Program-made: the position numbers and the translations under genes | Assembly (NCBI GenBank): GCA_050084985.1 | Contig: JBITNC010000001.1 | Coordinates: 41,106,001-41,170,000, forward strand | Direction of reading: 5' to 3' | Origin: Nageia nagi | Lineage: Eukaryota > Plantae > Pinophyta | DNA length: 64,000 bases | Shown: one piece after another, positions 1-12,299 of the stretch | Layout of the letters: each line of letters opens with the position of its first letter | Numbering within the stretch: position 1 is the first letter of the stretch | The notes under the pieces: model-generated | Database searches by the model: none | Told to the model about the DNA's origin: nothing | The model's input: the letters and a program-made list of their open reading frames with translations, nothing else

Positions 1-1520
1 CTCCTCTAGGTACATAAGGGATCGACTTTGACACATGTACAAGATTATACTTTCTCTATTGGGGATTTATGAGATAATGTCAAATGGTTAACCCTAAAGG
101 AGGACCAAAATTGATACCAAATGATATGATCGATGCAAGTGATGAAAGCATGATGACAAATGCATAAATGAAGGACACAACACAACATGGCAAGGAGAGA
201 TAACTTGTTGCAAAGGTTGAGACATAATTCGAGTTATTACAACAAGTAAAAAAGGGGTAAAGAATGAAAGTCAAACACCAAAATACAAAGGACCAAGATG
301 ATGAACTGCATCCTAAGGATAAGGAGGAAGGGGCACACCAAAATCAAAATGATGTCGAAGGATGAATTGTTCAAAGAGGGCAACCAAGGCTTCTTGAACA
401 ATAGGACCAACAACAAACTCAATTTTGATAGACAAAGAAAGACTCTAAAATAAAGGATGAGACCTAATTTTACCAACCAATTAGAGACCAAGAGGCATAG
501 TGGATTGATGAGGAGAAAAAGGATGAGAAGTCAAATGATGAAAGGACAAAATAGAATGATGAGAAGGGCTAAAGATATGAGAGGATGGGGTGGTTGGCCT
601 AGAAGGATTAGAAGGATAAGGTGGCTCTAAGTCTAGATCTAGCTCTTGATTTTGCTTTAGTTGATCAGATCTAGGGGTAGCTACCATATTCATGTTGGAC
701 TTCGAGTGACACTGAGAGGGGGGTGAATCAGTGTATATAAAAATAATCAATTTAACCTTCTTAAATAAAGATAGATTAGAAGCCAGAGAAAATTGAGCAA
801 GCACACCAGTACATCACACAACACCAGATGTAACGAGGTTCACCAGATTGGCTACATCCCCGAAAATGACTGCTTGGACACTAATCCAAATCCAGCCATT
901 AAAGAAAGCTTACAGATTCATAGCACCAACTGTGAAGGGTAGCACCAACTACCACTTTGCAAATAGCAACACCTACTGCTTGGAGCACCAACTCCAGCTC
1001 TCAAGCACCCACTTGAGACAACATTCAAAAAGGAGGAAAGAATACAATTCTAGAAGACCCTCAATGGTCTAGCTCTGATGTTCACTATTTTATCTCTGCA
1101 CACAACTCCAAAGTAACACTCTTAAATAATCACACTCCTATCTACATATTCATTTGCTCACTTCATGTTCTCCTGATACTCCCCTCTTCCGCCCTATTAC
1201 CTCCACGACCACTCTTCTCTCCACACATCTCTCCTCTTCTCTACTGGCACATTTTTACTTCATCTACAATCCACACTTCACGTACTTTCCTGCAACCGTT
1301 ACACATCAAGAAAGCCCCTCACGAAACTGTTCCTGTCATGACACGTTACCAAAAACAAACTCAAAAGGAATCTTTATTTGTAACTGCTCCTGCACTAAAG
1401 AGAATTCACTATCTGAGTCTGCAACTGTTGTAACTGATAAACGCTCCTATTGCTCAAATAGAGTTGTTTAGACAAGTATACCTTTTTCTCCACTGATTTT
1501 GGAGATTTGATAGTATCTGA

Positions 1521-1745
1521 TTATTTCTAATAATTTCGAAATCTTTTCTTCTTCATAATGGTATTTCTGATAATTTCGGACTCTTTTCTTCTTTATAATG
1601 GTATTTCTGATAATCCTGGACTCTTTTCTTCTTCATAATGGTATTTCTGATAATCCCAGACTCTTTTCTTCTTCATAATGGTATTTCTGATAATCCTGGA
1701 CTCTTTTCTTCTTCATAATGGTATTTCTGATAATCTCGAACTCTT
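1521..1745. repeat. 40-bp tandem array in LTR (about 5.5 units; copy at 8831-9055)
   Basis: Unit gtatttctgataatcctggactcttttcttcttcataatg repeats with an exact 40-bp period. Confidence 0.95.
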
Positions 1746-2242
1746 TGTCTCGCTTACCGGATGTTTATTGTATACACCATGATGTCATCATCTCCGGAAT
1801 CCAGAAGTAGAGTAAAACACTTCCCGCATGATGTCATCATCTCCGGACTCCGAAAGAGAGTTCTAAGGTATCTTCATGGCCTTCCAGACTTTTCAACTTA
1901 ACACCGTGATGTCATCATCTTCGAACTTTGATCTTTACCAAAATGTGACTATCTTATCCTTTATGATGTCATCCTTTTAATCTGGAACATTTTACTTCCA
2001 GAACATTTACTTTATGGACTCCAGATTTTCAATCTTTCTTTGTTGATCTCATCTCTGCATTTCAGAATATTTTACTCATCAGCTATTTGATCACTCTTTA
2101 CTGACCTCATCGCTTTCGGGATCCGGGCTCATTCAAAAATGTGAACATTGTTCTCCCCGTGATGTCATCTTCATATTTCTAGAATGCTCTACTTCTGGAA
2201 TACTTAATTAACTGGTTCCAGCTCCTCAATTTCTCTTTGCTG

Positions 2243-2487
2243 ACCTCACCTTCTCCAGAACCTGGGCTTTTCCACAACTCTCACCTTCTCTGGAACTCGA
2301 ACTTTTCAACAACTCTCACCTTCTCCGGAACCCGAACTTTTCAACAACTCTCACCTTCTCTGGAACCTGGATTTTTCACAACTCTCACCTTCTCCGGAAC
2401 CCATATTTTTCAACAACTCTCACCTTCTCTGGAACCCAGATTTTTCACAACTCTCACCTTCTTCGGAACTCGGATTTTTCCACAACT
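2243..2487. repeat. 34-35-bp tandem array in LTR (7 units here, 6 units at about 9553-9763)
   Basis: Unit caactctcaccttctccggaacccggattttt, counted by the tcaccttct core. Confidence 0.93.
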
Positions 2488-2635
2488 AAGCTTTATCATT
2501 TCATTCCGGAACGTCATCCCGGGGATCTTTAAATGAACTCATACTATTGCGTGAAGACACAGCCAAAACCAAATGGATGCGAAGACACAGCCAAAACCAC
2601 GTGTTGACAACAATGACAATCACCCATGCTCAACA

Positions 2636-2843
2636 ATCTCCCCCTTTGGAATTGTTGGCAACACCACTTGATCAGACACCAACATCGGGACTTTTCTCTC
2701 CCCCTTTGTCAACAATAACAAAGGGCATTTATAGACTCCCCCTGAGTCCATACATGACATTCTCAGGAAATCAGTAGTATGCGCACAAAAACAAGATACA
2801 CAGAAGTAATATAGGAAAGAAAAAAATAAACACTCCCCCTAAG
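2636..2843 (-). promoter_or_regulatory. Multiple polypurine tracts upstream of the 3' LTR
   Basis: Four ctccccct (minus strand AGGGGGAG) motifs at about 2638, 2698, 2735 and 2833. Confidence 0.85.
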
Positions 2844-2861
2844 AATGTGACGTCCAGAACT

Positions 2862-5800
2862 AGCTAATGCTTGGGAAGGACAACAACTCCTAGCTTGTTT
2901 CAAAGATTTTCGAAGATGTCTTTGGGAAAAGGCTTTGTAAAGATGTTTGCTACTTGCTCTGTGGTTGGAACAAAATCCAACTGTACTTCTCCTTGCGCCA
3001 CTCTTTCTTTTAGAAAGTGATATCTGATTGCTATATGCTTTGTTCGTGAGTGCATAATAGGATTTTTTGAGATATTGATTGCACTTGTGTCATCACATAG
3101 AACTGATATGGGCTTGTTAATCTTATACCAAAATCTTTTAGCATCTGCTTCATCCATAGAATCTGTGTGCAGCAAGAAGTTGCTGCTATATACTCTGCTT
3201 CTGCTATAGATAGGGATACTGAGTCTTGTTTTTTTACTGTGCCATCCAACAAGATTATTACCCAAATAAAATGCTCCTCCACTGGTGCTCTTCCTATCAT
3301 CCACGCATCCTGCCCAGTCTACATCTAAAAAGGTAGTAAGTATAAAGTCCTTTCCTCTAGGATACCATAAACCATATTCTACTGTACCTTTGAGATATCT
3401 GAATATTCTCTTTACTGCAGTAACATGTGTTTCTTTGGGATTTGCTTGAAATCGAGCAACCATACATACTGCTTGAAGAATATCCGGTCTAGTAGCTGTC
3501 AAATATAATAAACTTCCAATCTTTGACCTGTATTGTGTTTGATCTACTATTGGTGCTTTATCATCCTTGCTTAATTTGCAGCTTTTCGTCATAGGGGTGC
3601 TCATAGGTTTACAGTCTTCCATGGTAAACTTCTTCAGCATCTCCTTAACATACTTGGTTTGAGAAATGAACATGCCATTCTTCAACTGATTGATTTGTAG
3701 GCCGAGAAAGAATGCAAGCTCACCTATCATAGACATCTTGAATTCTGTTTACATGTTGTCAGCAAGATTTTTACATAGCTCAGTCTTGCTTCCTCCAAAG
3801 ATTATATCATCTACATAGACAACAACAATTAGTTGATTTTCCTTTTCTGATTTAATGTATAAATTGCTATCCACCATTCCTTTTCTAAAGCCTTGCTGCT
3901 GAAGATATGTATCAAGTCTAGAGTACCATGCTCGAGGTGCCTGTTTTAAACCATACAGAGCCTTCTTTAGTTTGCATACCAAATTAGGATTCTCTCCCAA
4001 TTGGAAACCATCTGGTTGTTTAATATAGACTTCTTCCTCAATTTTGCCATTTAGAAAGGCTGATTTTACATCCATTTGATAAACTTTAAAGTTTTTATAC
4101 ACTGCAAAAGCTAAAAACATGCGAATAGCTTCTAATCTGGCCACAGGTGCAAAAGTTTCTTCAAAATCAATTCCTTCAACTTGAGCATATCCCTTGCAAA
4201 CAAGTCTAGCTTTATTTCAAACCACTATCCCATCTTCATTCAACTTATTACGAAAAATCCACTTTGTGCCAATCACATTTTTGTTGGTTGGTCTAGGAAC
4301 GAGTTCCCATGTTTCATTCTTTTCAATTTGAGTGAGTTCTTCCTCCATTGCTTTCATCCAGCTTTCATCTTGGCTAGCTTCTGAGACATTTTTAGGCTTT
4401 ATTCTGGATAGGAGAGAATAGGTGCTTGAAACCCCTCTATGAGTTTGGATGCCTGTATGAAACTCACTGATGATTTGCTCTTGTGGATGATCCTTGTGCC
4501 ATCTATTTGGTGGAGTTTTTGAATTTTCATCTTCTTCCGACTCATTTTCTGAAACACCATTTGAGTTACTTGGTGAATTTGAATCTTTTGGTTTCTTTAC
4601 TTGTGATTGCTGTACAGGAGGCTTAGATTTGTTTTTATTCTTTTTGTCTTCTTCAATTGAATCTTGATAGGCAGGAAGATCATCATCATCATTTCTGTCG
4701 GGAAGATCTCTTTGCTCATCAACGCGAACATCAGCACTATCAATGATTATTTTTGTCCTTTTATTGTAACACCTGTATGCTTTGCTCTTCGAAGAGTAAC
4801 CAAGAAAGATACCTTCATCAGATCTATCCTCAAACTTTCCTAAATTTTCTTCTATTCTCTTGATATAGCATTTGCTGCTAAAGATCCTGAAGTGCCTCAC
4901 TGTAGCTCTTCTTCCAAACCATAATTCATATGGTGTTCTATCCTCATGTGGTCGCATCATACATCTGTTTTGAATATGCACTGCAGTATGCATTGCTTCT
5001 TTCCAGAACCTATCAGCAACCTTGCTTTCTATCAACATGGTTCGAGCCATTTCTTGTACTGCTCTATTTTTTCTTTCAACTACTCCATTTTGTTGTGGAG
5101 TTCTAGTTGCAGAGAATTGTCTTTTAATTCCGTGTTGTATGCAAAACTCAGTAAACTCATCAGAAGTGAACTCACCTCCTCTGTCTAAGCGAAGACATTT
5201 AATTCTCCTCTCTATTTGATTTTCTACTTGATTTTTAAATGCTTTGAACATTTCAAAAGCTTCAGATTTATGTTTTAAAAATTGCACCCAAGTCATTCTT
5301 GAATAATCATCTATGAACAGAATAAAATACTTATCTCCATTGAAGCTTTGTGTTCTCATTGGTCCGCATAGGTCGGTGTGTACGATTTCCAATGGTTTGC
5401 TTGTGTGATATTCTTTCACTTTGAACTTTGCCCGAGTTTGCTTTCCCTTTTGGCATGAATCACAAATATCATTTGCTGGTGTGCTGATACTGGGCATATC
5501 TCTTACTGCTCTTTTTGAGCAAATGTTCATCAAGTTTTTAAAATAGATGTGTCCCAATCTCTTATGCCATAGCCAATCATCACTCTCCTTGCCTAGAAGA
5601 CATGATCCCTCTGAAATATCTGATAAGGTGTATAAATTGCCACAGGTTCTTGTACCAACTGCTACAAGTCTACCACTATTTGCCTTTTGGATCTCACAGC
5701 CATGCTTTTTGAAAATTACATCATGTCCTTTGTCACATATTTGACTGACGCTCAACAAATTATGCTTCAGTCCCACAACAAATAATACCTCTTTGGATCT

Positions 5801-6010
5801 GATGTTTCCATCATTTATTTTGACTATCCCTTTGCCGATAATCTATGCGCCATCATTGTTTCCAAATCTTACTGACCCACCTTCATATTCCTGTAGTTTT
5901 TGAAATATCTTCTTGTCACTTGTCATGTGACTTGAGAATCCACTGTCTAATATCCATGGTGATGGTTTGTCTTGAGCTTTTAATGTTGTTTGAACGATTA
6001 AGGACTCTTT
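2862..6010 (-). pseudogene. copia pol (protease, GAG-pre-integrase, integrase, RT, RNase H) broken by stops and frameshifts
   Basis: PW(I)LDSG-type protease motif near 5935-5960. Integrase motifs LWHKRLGH, VHTDLCGP and TPQQNGVVERKNR. RT motifs [11 protein letters not shown] and YVDDIIF. RNase H motifs DWAGCVDDRKSTSG and HSRTKHIAIRYHF. Confidence 0.95.
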
Positions 6011-7938
6011 ATCCTCTCTGAGTTTCTCCTTTTCTTTCCAGACTTGTTTTACTTTTATTTCAGCTTCTTATTTTTTATTATTCTTTTCTACTTCCTGTGG
6101 ATGACTGCTCTAAAACTGTTTATTCTATCTTATGGAAGGAAGTTGTCTTGGTGGAAAGAACCTCATGCCATGATTATTTCTGCAGAATCGGGCAAAGTGT
6201 CCATATTCATGACAGTTGTAACACTCAACAGGATACTTCATTAGTGGGCCAAATGCATTCCTAGTAACAAAGGTTCTTGGAGTGATATTATACTTACATT
6301 CAGAAATTTTGTGTCCATACATATTGCATTTGAAACAGTATCCATTGAAGGGATGGATGTATCTATTATATTGTTGAGTACTTCTTGGTCCTGCATAGGG
6401 TCTTCTTCTGGAATGCACTTGAGTGAAGCCATCATCCTCCAGTCCTAGCTATCTTCCTTCTTCTTGGTTTCTTTTATGTTTTCCCTTTTTGTGTCATTGG
6501 AAGATTGTCCTTGTTCATATCCCAGACCAGATTTATCAGAAAACATTCTTTGACTGTTAATGATTTCACTGAGTTTAGTCGACCTTCCTTCTAGATATTC
6601 AAAAGAGCTGATTCTCTTGGTGACTTCCTCTAGTTGCATACGTAGTCCAGTTATTTCTTCTTCAAGCTTACTGCAATTTTTAACTTTCACAAGAAGCTGT
6701 TCCTCCAAACTCTCATTTATCTTCTTAGATTCTTCCACTTCTATTTTTAAGGTTTCTATAATATTACTTGCATCATCAAACCTTTTTGAGAGTTTCTTAT
6801 TTTTCTTTACTTCTTTATTCAGTTCATTCAATGCTGTTATTAGTTCTTCTTCAAGATCAATCTCAATCTCACAGCCATTTTCTTCATCTGTCTCTTCCTT
6901 TTTATGTTCTTGGGCATTTTGATTATCTTCATTCAGTTTCTCTTCAAATGCCATAAATAATGCTTCATTGTATTCTTTTTTTGATTCATTACTGGAATCA
7001 TCATCAGTGGAGCCTTTATTTCTGGATATGAAGCTCTGTCTATTTGACCTTCTATTTCGAACATGAGATTTCATTTTGTGGTTTTTCTCAAAATATGATT
7101 CTTAATCATCTTTATCAGTTTTTCTATATGGACATTTTGAAATGAAATGACCAATACCACCATAGTTAAAACATTTAAATGGTAGCTTGCCTTCATATTT
7201 ACCTTTTCCCCTTTTTAGCTTTCTAACAAAATTTGCTTCTGCTCCATCAGATTGTTCTTCATCGTCAGAATCTATTTTGGCTTTGGTACTGTTGTTGGCT
7301 TTAAATGCTGCTTCCTTTTCTGAATGCTTTGCTTTTTCGATCCTCATTTCATAAGCAGTCAGCGATCCATGCATTTCATCCATGCTGAAAGTTTTCAAAT
7401 TTTTTGCTTCTTCAATAGCAAACACCTTTGAATCAAAGCGAGATGTGAGAGATTGCAGTACCTTTTTCATGATGACATGATCTTCAATTTCTTCCCCAAG
7501 ACCTCTGATTGCATTAGTAATTTCATTTACTCTCAACATGTATGCTTCGATGGTTTCATCTTCATTCATCTTTAGAACTTCGAATTGAGCTCTATAAGTT
7601 TGGAGTTTTGCTTCCTTGACTTTATCATCTCCTTCGTGAATGCTCTTCAACTTATTCCATATTTCTTTTGCAGATTTGCATGCCATAACTTTCACTAGTT
7701 CACTGTCCACTAGACCACACATTAGAGCATTTCTTGCTTTTACGTCACATTCAAATGCCTTTCTTTCTGCTTCATCTGATGGACCTGTAGGGGGAGGAGT
7801 ATATCCCCTTTTAACAGCATCCCAAGTACCAAAACCCAATGCACTGAGATAAGTCTTCATTTGAATTTTCTAGAAAGCATAATTATTTCCATCAAAGAGA
7901 GGTGCTTTGTTAGATGAGAAACCTTCTCTGCTTGCCAT
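6010..7938 (-). pseudogene. Extended copia gag (UBN2 domain, CCHC knuckles, coiled coil), with stops and frameshifts
   Basis: ATG at 7938. ORFs 7102-7860 (gag core, KCFNYGGIGHFISKC), 6445-7074 (E/K-rich heptads) and 6125-6418 (CFKCNMYGHKISEC, CYNCHEYGHFARFC). Confidence 0.9.
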
Positions 7939-7988
7939 AGTGCCCCTACCAGGATCTCCTTAGCTGTTATAGCCTAAGTAGGAACCTT

Positions 7989-8000
7989 GCTCTGATACCA
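7989..8000 (-). promoter_or_regulatory. Primer binding site, tRNA-iMet
   Basis: gctctgatacca is the reverse complement of TGGTATCAGAGC and lies next to the 5' LTR. Confidence 0.95.
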
Positions 8001-8001
8001 A

Positions 8002-9911
8002 TTTTGGACTTCGAGTGACATTGAGAGGGGGGGTGAATCAGTGTATATAAAAATAATCAATTTAACCTTCTTAAATAAAGATAGATTAGAAGCCAGAGAA
8101 AATTGAGCAAGCACACCAGTACATCACACAACACCAGATGTAACGAGGTTCACCAGATTGGCTACATCCCCGAAAATGACTGCTTGGACACCAATCCAAA
8201 TCCAGCCATTAAAGAAAGCTTACAGATTCACAGCACCAACTGTGAAGGGTAGCACCAACTACCACTTTGCAAATAGCAGCACCTACTGCTTGGAGCACCA
8301 ACTCCAGCTCTCAAGCATCCACTTGAGACAACATTCAAAAAGGAGGAAAGAATACAGTTCTAGAAGACCCTCAATGGTCTAGCTCTGATGTTCACTATTT
8401 TATCTCTGCACATAGCTCCAAAGTAACACTCTTAAATAATCACACTCCTATATGCATATTCATTTGCTCACTTCACGTTCTCCTGATACTCCCCTCTTCC
8501 GCCCTATTACCTCCACGACCACTCTTCTCTCCACACATCTCTCCTCTTCTCTATTGGCACATTTTTACTTCATCTACAATCCACACTTCACGTACTTTCC
8601 TGCAACCGTTACACATCAAGAAAGCCCCTCACGAAACTATTCCTATCATGACATGTTACCAAAAACAAACTCAAAAGGAATCTTTATTTGTAACTGCTCC
8701 TGCACTAAAGAGAGTTCACTATCTGAGTCTACAACTGCTATAACTGATGAACGCTCCTATTGCTCAAATAGAGTTGTTTAGACAAGTATACCTTTTTCTC
8801 CACTAATTTCAGAGATTTGACAGTATCTGATTATTTCTGATAATTTCAGACTCTTTTCTTCTTCATAATGGTATTTCTGATAATTCTGGACTCTTTTCTT
8901 CTTTATAATGGTATTTCTGATAATCTTGGACTCTTTTCTTCTTCATAATGGTATTTCTGATAATCCTGGACTCTTTTCTTCTTCATAATGGTATTTCTGA
9001 TAATCTCGGACTCTTTTCTTCTTCATAATGGTATTTCTGATAATCTTGAACTCTTTGTCTCGCTTACCGGATGTTTATTGTATACACCATGATGTCATCA
9101 TCTCCAGACTCTAGAAGTAGAGTAAAACACTTCCCGCATGATGTCATCATCTCTGGACTCTGGAAGAGAGTTCCAAGGTATCTTCGTGGCCTTCCGAACT
9201 TTTCAACTTAACACCGTGATGTCATCATCTTGGAACTCTGATCTTTACCAAAATGCGACTATCTTATCCTTTGTGATGTCATCCTTTTAATCCGAAACAT
9301 TTTACTTCCAGAACATTTACTTTATGGACTCTGGATTTTCAATCTTTCTTTGCTGATCTCATCTCTGCATTTCAAAATGCTTTACTCATCGGCTATTTGA
9401 TCACTCTTTACTAACCTCATCGCTTCCGGGATCCGGGCTCATTCAAAAATGTGAACGTTGTTCTCCCCGTGATGTCATCTTCATATTTTCGGAATGCTCT
9501 ACTTCTGGAATACTTAATTAACTGGTTCCGGCTCCTCAATTTCTCTTTGCTGACCTCACCTTCTCCGGAACCCGAGCTTTTCCACAACTCTCACCTTCTC
9601 TGGAACCTGAACTTTTCAACAACTCTCACCTTCTCCGGAACCTGAACTTTTCAACAACTCTCACCTTCTCCGGAACCCGGATTTTTCATAACTCTCACCT
9701 TCTCCGGAACCCGGATTTTTCAACAACTCTCACCTTCTCTGAAACCCAGATTTTTCCACAACTGAGCTTTATCATTTCATTTCGAAACATCATCCCAGGG
9801 ATCTTAAAATGAACTCATACTATTGCACGAAGACACAGCCAAAACCAAATGGACGCAAAGACACAGCCAAAACCATGTGTTGACAACAATGACAATCACC
9901 CATGCTCAACA
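8002..9911 (-). repeat. 5' LTR of the copia element (1910 bp)
   Basis: Matches 693-2635. The inner terminal dinucleotide is mutated (tt instead of tg at 8002-8003). Confidence 0.95.
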
Positions 9912-12299
9912 ATTCACGCTAAGCTTGCTATCAAATTTCTAAGGATTAAACAACCTTTAAGAGAAAGGAACAAAATTAAATAACAACATTATTACTAATC
10001 TAATGTCCCAAAGGTGCCAAACAATGATAAGCAAATAGACACCAAGCCTAGATTTTTTTTAGCGAGATGAAAAACTAATGCACAAACACCTGATATGATA
10101 AGATAACAATACCTATATGATTATGATGAGATGATTAAGATAGCAATGGTGATTTGTTTTGATCTAATTGCTTCTTGTTCAATTTGACCATTGTCTTGAT
10201 TAGTGATGATTGATTTTATCGTACATTAACCTTTCGATTAATTTTCCTAAGGCTTGACCTAGTCAAGTGTTTAAAGGTGAAGGCTCGATCTTTAGGAAAA
10301 ACATAGGCTCAAATATGATTAACATGCAAGTTTAATTGACCAATGATATGTAATTTAATGGATGCAAGTAACAAAATTACACCCTTCTCAAGATATGATA
10401 AGGCACTCCCACCCAAGGATGAAATTTTCACTAATGCAAGCAAAAATAAATAAGATAAGTAGTCCTAGAATACAAATAACAAACAAGAAATATGTTGGAG
10501 CATAAAAAAAGAGGGATACATGCCTAAGGGGATCTTACTTCAAGCTCCTATCATGTGCAATACCTATTGTAAATGCTTTGATCCTAGATAATGTGCTGCA
10601 GACTAGATAGTAATACTAACTAGTGGACTAATCAAACAATCAACTAGCTGGTCATAGTGGTACCTAGAGAATTTTAAAAAGAAGTATAAAATGCTAAAAA
10701 TAAAATAATTTTTTTCCATCCTAGATTTGAAATAATGGTATTGGACTATTTCCACCTAGTTATAAAGCTGAAGCTAGACACAAGATGAAAAAAATACACT
10801 TAAGCCTATTTGATAGACTAAGACCCTAAAACAAGGTTAATTGATATCCTTAGGCTCGATTAATAGATGGAATAATCTACTGATGACTAGTGAGTTAGCC
10901 AACATATGCAAATGCAGGTGATCGTTGAAGGGTTAACTAGTAAGCTATGAAGTGGTTAATGAACTAACTGGTTTGCTGAAGATCTACTAGACTCTGAAAA
11001 TCAATTTGTACAAAAACTAGCTACTGAATGACTAGGAATGGGGGCTCCAAACCTTAAAAAATCCAATTCACCTTAGCTCCAATATGATTCCCTAAAAGAA
11101 TCAACATATTTTAGTGATGAGAAATGACATAAAACAATAAGAGAAAGGGTAAAAACAACACCCAAAAAAGATAAAGGTTTAGAAAACTCCTCTGAGTTGA
11201 GCTCAATGGACCAAGAGAGGTCCCACCATGATCACCATTCTATGATGCACTTAAAATGGCCTCTCCTCTCTTAGGGGTGGACATGTTGTAATATCTAAAA
11301 TGTTGCTTGAAATATGATATGCTTTGATGATGATGGGGATGATATGCTAGACTTGCAAGAAGACAAATGTTAGTGGGGGCCTCAACATTCTAGTCCCTTA
11401 AGGCCCTGGAGTGTGCTCAAAGAGAGGTGTTAAACCTCCTTGATGGAATGTAGGGCCCCTATCCCATAATCAAATGGGTAATAGAAAAATAAGGAATGCT
11501 TACAATTCAATGTGATATGCTCATGTTATGCTAAGATAATGATAAGCATGATCAAAACAAGTTAAATTACCATGAATCTAGCCTAGAAACATACTACATG
11601 CTCACACAAATGTAATAGATAAGGATACAAGTGCTACATTACTCCAATATAGCTCCATGATCTCTCCAACACATGCAAGAATGCTCAAAATCATGTCAAA
11701 AGAGGTGCTAGGGTGAGCTAGGTCTGGCTGGAAATGGTTGGGGCATGAGGACCAAATAGGCAGTTAGGAAACTAAAATTCCAAGAGAGGGAAAATAGATT
11801 TCAAAATTGGCTTTATAGGTTAGGTGTCAAACTAGTGAGTCAGTTGACTAACCAATAGGTTGGTTAGGAAATCGATGGGCCAATTGACTAACTAGTATGC
11901 CAATTAGGCAACCAGTGTGTTGGTCCTGAAATCGACTCATAAAGTCAACAAAGGCTAAGATAGGGTGATAGGATAAAAATGATAAGATACAAGATGATGG
12001 GGGATGAGATGACAATTGTGAGGTATCTACATTATCCATGGAGGCTATTTAGGCATCTCTTGCTACAAGTGTGGCCTATCAGATGGAAAGTTATGATTAT
12101 AGCCTCGAAACCATGGCCTTGAAAGGCTTTAACCTCTCAATCTTTGCCTTTATGGTAGCAACATGAGTAGAGGTCTCTCTTGAAAAAATATAAGTGTCAT
12201 AAGTTAGTTTGTTTTCAAATAACATGTTCTAAAAATAAAAATAATAAACTAAAATTAGTTGTAAATTATTTATGAGGTATTACCTATTGCCACAAGTCG

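Larger units (their letters stand above)
693..2635 (-). repeat. 3' LTR of the copia element (1943 bp)
   Basis: TGTTG...CAACA ends. Near-identical to 8002-9911 and adjacent to the PPT. Confidence 0.95.
693..9911 (-). mobile_element. Full-length Ty1/copia LTR retrotransposon, Sirevirus (SIRE/Maximus)-like, coding region disabled
   Basis: Paired LTRs at 693-2635 and 8002-9911. Perfect 5-bp TSD ATTCA (688-692 / 9912-9916). PBS tggtatcagagc on minus at 7989-8000 and PPT at 2636-2650. Domain order on minus is gag-PR-INT-RT-RNaseH. Confidence 0.97.

Noticed and set aside
848-1471. Duplicated small ORFs (848-1072/8158-8382, 1154-1471/8452-8781, 2237-2536)
   Set aside because: They lie in the LTRs, are duplicated only for that reason, and have no recognisable domain.
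1521-2487. Regular repeats resembling a CRISPR array (also 8831-9763, 51325-51500)
   Set aside because: Head-to-tail units with no unique spacers, duplicated within LTR pairs, no cas genes and a eukaryotic context.
2636-2860. env-like ORF in the Sirevirus-like element
   Set aside because: The gap between RNase H and the LTR is only about 220 bp and is occupied by PPT motifs.
10003-10030. Possible degraded PBS (minus ttggcacctttgggac) for the old host element
   Set aside because: No adjacent LTR pair could be verified.
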